Part shown: piece by piece, positions 49,279-55,119 of the stretch
Numbering within the stretch: the first letter of the stretch is position 1
Layout: every line of letters begins with the position of its first letter
DNA from: Malacoraja senta
Lineage: Eukaryota
DNA: 55,119 bases
Reading direction: 5' to 3'
Assembly: GCA_038087875.1 (NCBI GenBank)
Contig: JAXLNO010000272.1
Span: 1-55,119, forward strand
The notes under the pieces: model-generated
Told to the model about the DNA's origin: nothing
Seen by the model: the letters and a program-made list of their open reading frames with translations, nothing else
Databases searched by the model: none
Made by a program: the position numbers and the translations under genes

Positions 49279-51637
49279 ATAGAAAGCCTTTTACATAGGC
49301 TGTTGGAGCAAAGTTCACTCAGGGAGGAGTGTACTGAAAGCCAAGCTGCTGGAAGCAGCTCAAACAGCTCCTGGTACAGGGCTAGATACTGCTTTCGAGC
49401 GTATTGCCCAAATAGAAAGCCTTTTACATAGGCCGTTGGAGCAAAGTTCACTCAGGAAGGAGTGTACTGAAATCCAAGTTGCTGGAAGCAGCTTAACAGC
49501 ACCTGGCTCAGGGCTGATGGAATGCAGCCTCAGGGATGAGGAGCGTGCTACGGGTCATGAGATTTCAGACCCCGACTCTGACGGTGAGGCTGTACAAGGC
49601 GATGAACGGCAGCTGCCAGATGTTCCACCCCCTGGCAGTAGGATTCGCTGCCCCGTCAGGGTCAGGAGAGCATTAGGAGAAGAACTGGCCTCCTTAATAA
49701 ATTACTTGGTTTACCATCAGCTGGAACAGCAGGAGATGGATGAGACTGCAAGAAAGTAGGAGACCCCAAGTAACTGTGGGTTGCTGAAAGCAGAAGCAGT
49801 GAACCAAATTATCTGGAATCAGTTGCAGAGAATATTAAAGCTGCTGGGTTCTGGAATTACTGCTTTTACCAGAATAGCAGATAACAGCCAAGAGATGACG
49901 AAGTTGCATCAGGAAGCACTGGGGTTGCTATGCAGCACCCACTTCGAGATCAATTATCTGAGGAAGGTGCTATACGGCCTACTATGAATCCGAAATTCGC
50001 AGCACTCTGCAAACCAAGTAATATACAATTACCCAACTTACTCTTTGGAGAGGATCTCGGGAGACGTATTAAAGAGTTGGAAGATGAAGCGAAAACAGGA
50101 TTGATAAAAACATCAATGGTTACAAAGTCTGTAAAGAGGAAGTATCCTTTCAGACGTCATACGGATCCTAGACCAGGACCAAGTCGCTCATCAACGCAGG
50201 GACGTAGCTTGCGGCCTGCAGCGGGAGTGGTGGTGCTTCCGGGAGAATCCAGGGATCTCAGAATACTCAAATGACTCGAGTGGTACGTGGACCTGGTTCT
50301 CATGGGAACATACTAACTGGATTAAGTCCAAAAGTTGGAGGCAGATTACGTCTCTTCTATAAACATTGGAAGAAGATTACTTCAGATGTGGTCATTCTGA
50401 ATAATATACAAGGATTTCGAATTGAATTCAATCCAAATTATGATTTGCCTGTCCAGCATGTTCTTAGCAGAACTCTCCACTTTGCGAAGTAATGGAGGTT
50501 CAAGTTGCGCTTCAAAACCCTACATATAAAAGGTGTTTTTGAAGAATCAGTCTACCAAATTCACCAATTTGGGTCAAATATATTCCCTCGATCAAAAAAG
50601 GATGGAGGATGTAGGATGATTATAGACTTGACAAGTCTGAATCCTTTTGTTCAGTGTCTGTTCACTTGCAAGATATGAAGTATCTTAAAATTTAAATGGA
50701 TGAACCAATTAGGGCAGTTCAAAGCTCTGCCTAATGGGTTAACGTTCGCTCCCAGAATATTCATAAAATTGTTAAAATCAATTCTGGGGTTGCTGAGAGC
50801 CATGTGCATGTACCAATGGCATACCTGGATGATGTCCTGATTATAGGAAGGACAAATCAGTCAACAGAAGCATCAGTTGCAGTTATGAAATCAAACTTTT
50901 GAAAGTTTGGGGGTTTCTAAATTCATCCAAAGAAATCAAGGTTAAAAACATGTACCTCAATTGATTATTTGGGGTTCACAATTGATTCAGCCCAAATGCA
51001 AATTACTTTGCCCAGTGAAAAAAGGGTGGAGTTGATTAAAGATTGCAGTAATCTGTTAAACGAGCAAAAACCTCTAATCAGACAGGTGGCTCGAGTACTG
51101 GGAAAATTAGTAGATTCCCAGCAATCCAGTACGGACCATTACATTATCAACAGCTGCAGAGAAGAACAGGCACTGAGAATAAATGCTGCTCATTTTTGAT
51201 AGAACCATGCAAGTAACAACAAATGCTGTTTCTAATCTGCAGTGGTGGATTCTACATGTCTCAAGCAGTTCAGGCAAAGTGCTGATTGAACAACCTTCCA
51301 TGATATTACAAACTGATGCCAGTGCACTAGGATGGGGTGCAACTGACTTAACATCTAGCTGCGGAGGCAGATGGAATCAGGAAGAGTAATAGTTACTGCA
51401 GACATGGGGAATTACCTATTTGGAGCTTTTAGGAGGTTTCTATGGACTCCAAACTTGTGGTTCTAACACAACTAAAAGGAAGGTTCAAGTTAAAATTAAT
51501 AAACACAACAGCAGTTGCCTATATTAATGATATGGGTGGAATTAAGTTGGTGTCATGTGACAAAATAGTTAAATCAACTTTGGTCTTGGTGTATTCAACA
51601 GAACATTTGGATTTCAGCTATCTATTTACCAGGTAGA

Positions 51638-52066
51638 ATGAACACGATAGCAGACACCAGGTCACGAAAGTTCCATGATAATAAAGAATGGATGTTGAAT
51701 CAAGAGGTATTCAATGATATAGTAATCAGATTTGGAATGCCCGACATCGACTTGAATCATCAGCTATCGAGATATGTCTCATGGAAACCAGATTCAGGAG
51801 CAGTGGCGATTGATGCTTTCTCGCTACATTGGGGTGGTATGTTTTCATATATATTTCCACCTTTCTTCCTCATAAGCCAATGTTTGCTTAAAATCAGGCA
51901 AGATGCTGCTTCAAGGGTATTGGTAGTACCAGATTGGCCTACACAGCCATGGTATCCGTTGATATTAGAATTAGTCCCAAAAAGGAGTAATTTATTGCTG
52001 CACCCTGTAACAGGGTAACAACATCCATTATATGATTGTTTGGATTTGTTGATTTGCAGGTTTTAA
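51638..52066 (+). pseudogene. DIRS DNA N6-adenine methyltransferase-like domain
   Basis: PDIDL..DAFSLHW..YIFPPF..LVVPDWPTQPWYP. Confidence 0.8.
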
Positions 52067-52068
52067 GA

Positions 52069-53033
52069 ATGCCTTTTCTGGGACGAGGACTGTCTGAGCG
52101 TACTGTGGACATGCTTACGGCAGCCTGGAGAAAGAGCACTCAAAAACAGTACCTGTCTTATATTAAGAAATGGGAAGAGTTCTGTGTACAAAAGAATGTG
52201 CAATAAAGTACTGCAGATATTTCAAATGTTTAGAATTTCTGTCAAAACTTTATTATGATGAAGGTCTGAGTTGTAGTGCAATTAATTCAGCCAGAAGTGC
52301 ATTGTCCTCATATTTGGTTCTGGAGTCAGAAAGAAACCCAATTGGGTCATACCCAATTGTTTCCAGACTAATGAAAGGAATCTTTAATTCCAAACCACCG
52401 AAACCTAGGTACATGACAATCTGGGATGTAAGTGTGGTACTGAAACTACTTCGTGAATGGTCATCAAGTGTGTCTTTACCTTTGGCTAAGCTCAGTATGA
52501 AAGTATTAATGCTTATGGCATGAGTGACAGCACAACGAGTGCAAACACTTGGAAAATTACAAATAGACAGTATGGAAGTAACTGAAGATAAGGTTACATT
52601 CTATATCTATGACCTACTAAAGCAAATTAGGCCAGGTGTGACAGGATTTAAAATTATACTAGCAGTATATCCAAATGATCCTTGTCTCGGTATTAAGACA
52701 TATTTGTTACAATACATTGAGGTCGCAAAGAATTTGAGAAATACGGAAACTGGGTTGTTGATCACACACAAGAAACCACACAAGAGAGTTTCAATACAGA
52801 CTATTTCCAGATGGATAAAAGAAGTCTTAACAGCTGCTGGTATTAACACTTATGTTTTTACGTCTCACTCGACTAGGGCAGCAGAAACGTCGGCGGACAG
52901 GGCAAAAGACGTCCCCGTCGACCATATCCTTGCAGCCGCTGGGTGGTCCAATGAGTTGATGTTTCAACATTTTTACCATCGGCCTATTGTTAATGCGGGA
53001 TTGTTTGCAGAAACTATTTTAAGTTCTGTGTAA
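52069..53033 (+). pseudogene. DIRS tyrosine recombinase (frameshift and stop)
   Basis: AAWRKSTQKQY, INSARSALS, TAQRVQT, SHSTRAA, AAAGW..F..FYHRPI. Confidence 0.9.
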
Positions 53034-53547
53034 ATTCCTCTGTTTAAAGGGGATCTGATTAATTTCATTATTGAAATGAATTACTGCATTTGTGGTACAA
53101 ATGTTATTATGAATGCATGATTGATTATTTCTCGTTCCGAGTCAATCAATGCAGTGAGAAGCCGGGATTGATCCACGGCATGAAATCACAAAGCTTTAAA
53201 ATCTTCACGCAGTCACTCACGTGACTCCGAAGTAAAATAGTAAGATTAAACGAGAACTTACCTAAGTTTGAAGTTTGATCTTTATTTTATGAGGAGTTAC
53301 GTAGATGATTACGTGCCCGCCACGACCCTACCCTCTATCATAAAGGTCAGATGGAACTTCTTGTATTACTCGTTTTATTATGAGACTATATTACTTCGGT
53401 TGTTGTTTTTTGTGATTTCACATCGCTGCTTTGAAGATTGACGCGCAGGCGCACTGGCGGGGTTCTTCACGTAATCACCTACGTAACTCCTCATAAAATA
53501 AAGATCAAACTTCAAACTTGGGTAAGTTCTCATATAATCTTACTATT

Positions 53548-55119
53548 CCCTTACAGTCTATATAACTACTTATCTTTTTTTTGGTTGAACACAATGACTG
53601 AGGCTCCACAGCCCTTTGGATAGAGAATTCTTAAGCTACACTGTGCTCTGAGTGAAGACATTTCTCCTCATCTCAAACCTAAATGGCCAACCCCTTTTTT
53701 AAAATCAGAATGTGCCCCCCTCAGCTCTTTAGCCCCATATCCTCTCAATCCATTTAAGAATTGGGCTTGTTTCAATGAGTTCGGATCTAACTCTTCTAAT
53801 CTCTGCAGAATACAGTTCCACAATCATCAATTTCCCCTCAAACAACACAGGAACAGGTCCATCAGCCCACAATATCTCTTCCGAACTAATCTATTCTGTG
53901 TGCATGTGATCCATATCCCTCTAATCCCATGCTCTTCCATACGCTTAAATAGAAGGCTCTTAAATGCCACTATCTTACCTGGCCCCACCACCATCCCTGG
54001 CAGCGAATTCCAGGCACTCACCACCCTCTGTACAAAAGACTTGCCCCGCACATCTTCTTTAAACGTAGTCCCTCTCACCTTAAAGCTATGCTTTAGTCCT
54101 TCACATGTCCATCCTCGGAACGTTTTCCAAGTTTCTAATTATTTACCCTATCTCTGCCTATTAGAATTTTATATACTTCTATGAGGTCTCCTCTCTACCT
54201 CTACCATTCCGTGGAAAATACTAACTCAACGCCCTGACTGATGAAGGCAAGAATAACATACACCTCCTTTACCACTCTATCTACTTTTTTTGCTACTCTT
54301 AGGGAGGCATGGACTTGGATCCCAAATTCATCTGCTCACCTGTTAAGGGTTTTGCCACTAACTGTATACTCTCCCCTTACATTTAACCTAACAAAGTGGA
54401 ACACCTCATACTTGCTCAGTAAACTCCACCTGCCAATCCTCTGCCCATATCCCCTAGTACACTTTAACTACGTTCCTTACTCTCTGTATCTACACTAAAT
54501 TTGGTGTCATCTACAAACTTAATAACTAACCCATCTACATTTACATCCAATTCATTTATATTTATCACAATATAATGTCCCAGTACAGATCTCAGTCGAC
54601 TGAATCTTTGCAGCATTCCTTATAATTGTAATTGTAATTAATTTATTAGTCAAGTATGTAAAAACATACAAGGAATTTGATTTACCATACAGACATACCA
54701 AAAAAGCAACAAGACACACAACTACATAAAAACATAGGCATGGCATGTATACCCTCTATTTGATAAGGACATTAAATTCTAACAAAACTACATACATCAT
54801 TTCATCAAGGACCTTTACAATTCCAGTATAACTTTGATATTTAAATCCTCTCGTAATAAAGATTAATTTATTATTTGCCCTTCTAATTGTTTGCTGCACT
54901 TACTTGTTGGCCATCAGTGATCAATGTACAAGCATAATTAGATCCCTTTGAATATTAACATTACTCAATCTCTCACTATGTAACAATAGTGCATTGTTAA
55001 ATAGTGAGAGATTGAGTGATATTAATATTCATTTCTGTATCCACTTCTGCATTCTGTGCACCAAAATATACGACCTTACAGTTTTCCATATCCCGTCTGT
55101 AATGTCCTTGCTCACTTAC
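53548..55119 (-). mobile_element. Several decayed CR1 fragments
   Basis: FVQRVVSAWNSLP on minus; degenerate KFVDDTK at ~54500-54520. Confidence 0.65.
54950..55030. repeat. 81-bp inverted repeat (38-bp arms, 5-nt loop)
   Basis: Arms complementary with 3 differences. Confidence 0.9.

Larger units (their letters stand above)
48388..53547 (+). mobile_element. DIRS1-type retrotransposon, copy 2 (structurally complete, ORFs broken)
   Basis: Left ITR ATTTTACTTCGGAGTCAC..; right ITR ~53438-53547; ICR ~53200-53315; RT AYLDD at ~50820; RNase H TDASALGWG; MT; YR; ATT at both junctions. Confidence 0.93.

Noticed and set aside
51638..53033. Prophage or bacterial contamination (integrase plus Dam methylase)
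   Set aside because: Normal DIRS components between ITRs and ICR, embedded in vertebrate repeats

Overview
Gene-free, repeat-dominated vertebrate genomic DNA (intergenic or intronic). The repeat families point to a cartilaginous fish, probably a skate or ray: HE1-like V-SINEs, CR1/HER1 LINEs with (AGAAACAT)n-type tails, and a Deu-domain SINE. I found no host protein-coding exon. Every recognisable ORF comes from a decayed transposon. Main content: (1) a full-length, TSD-bounded RTEX-like LINE (14459-23420) with a 2A/StopGo-like peptide, two PHD fingers, an AP endonuclease and RT, inserted in a CR1 fragment and itself carrying a Harbinger MITE and a complete DIRS1-type element; (2) a second complete DIRS element (48388-53547); (3) a Harbinger MITE (31583-36497) hosting a GGG-ended TIR element and a 3.3 kb L1 flanked by a 198-bp direct duplication; (4) a Gmr1-type Gypsy fragment (integrase upstream of RT) inside a SINE; (5) about a dozen short Penelope-type terminal units with minimal hammerhead ribozyme cores; plus Rex1/Babar, Tx1, RTE-derived, CR1 and SINE fragments. 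I see no wholly new system. The best leads are the 2A-bearing LINE, the short hammerhead units, candidate splice signals in both DIRS copies and the very long L1 duplication. Family names come from motif recognition, not database searches, and fragment boundaries are approximate unless a TSD or TIR is quoted.
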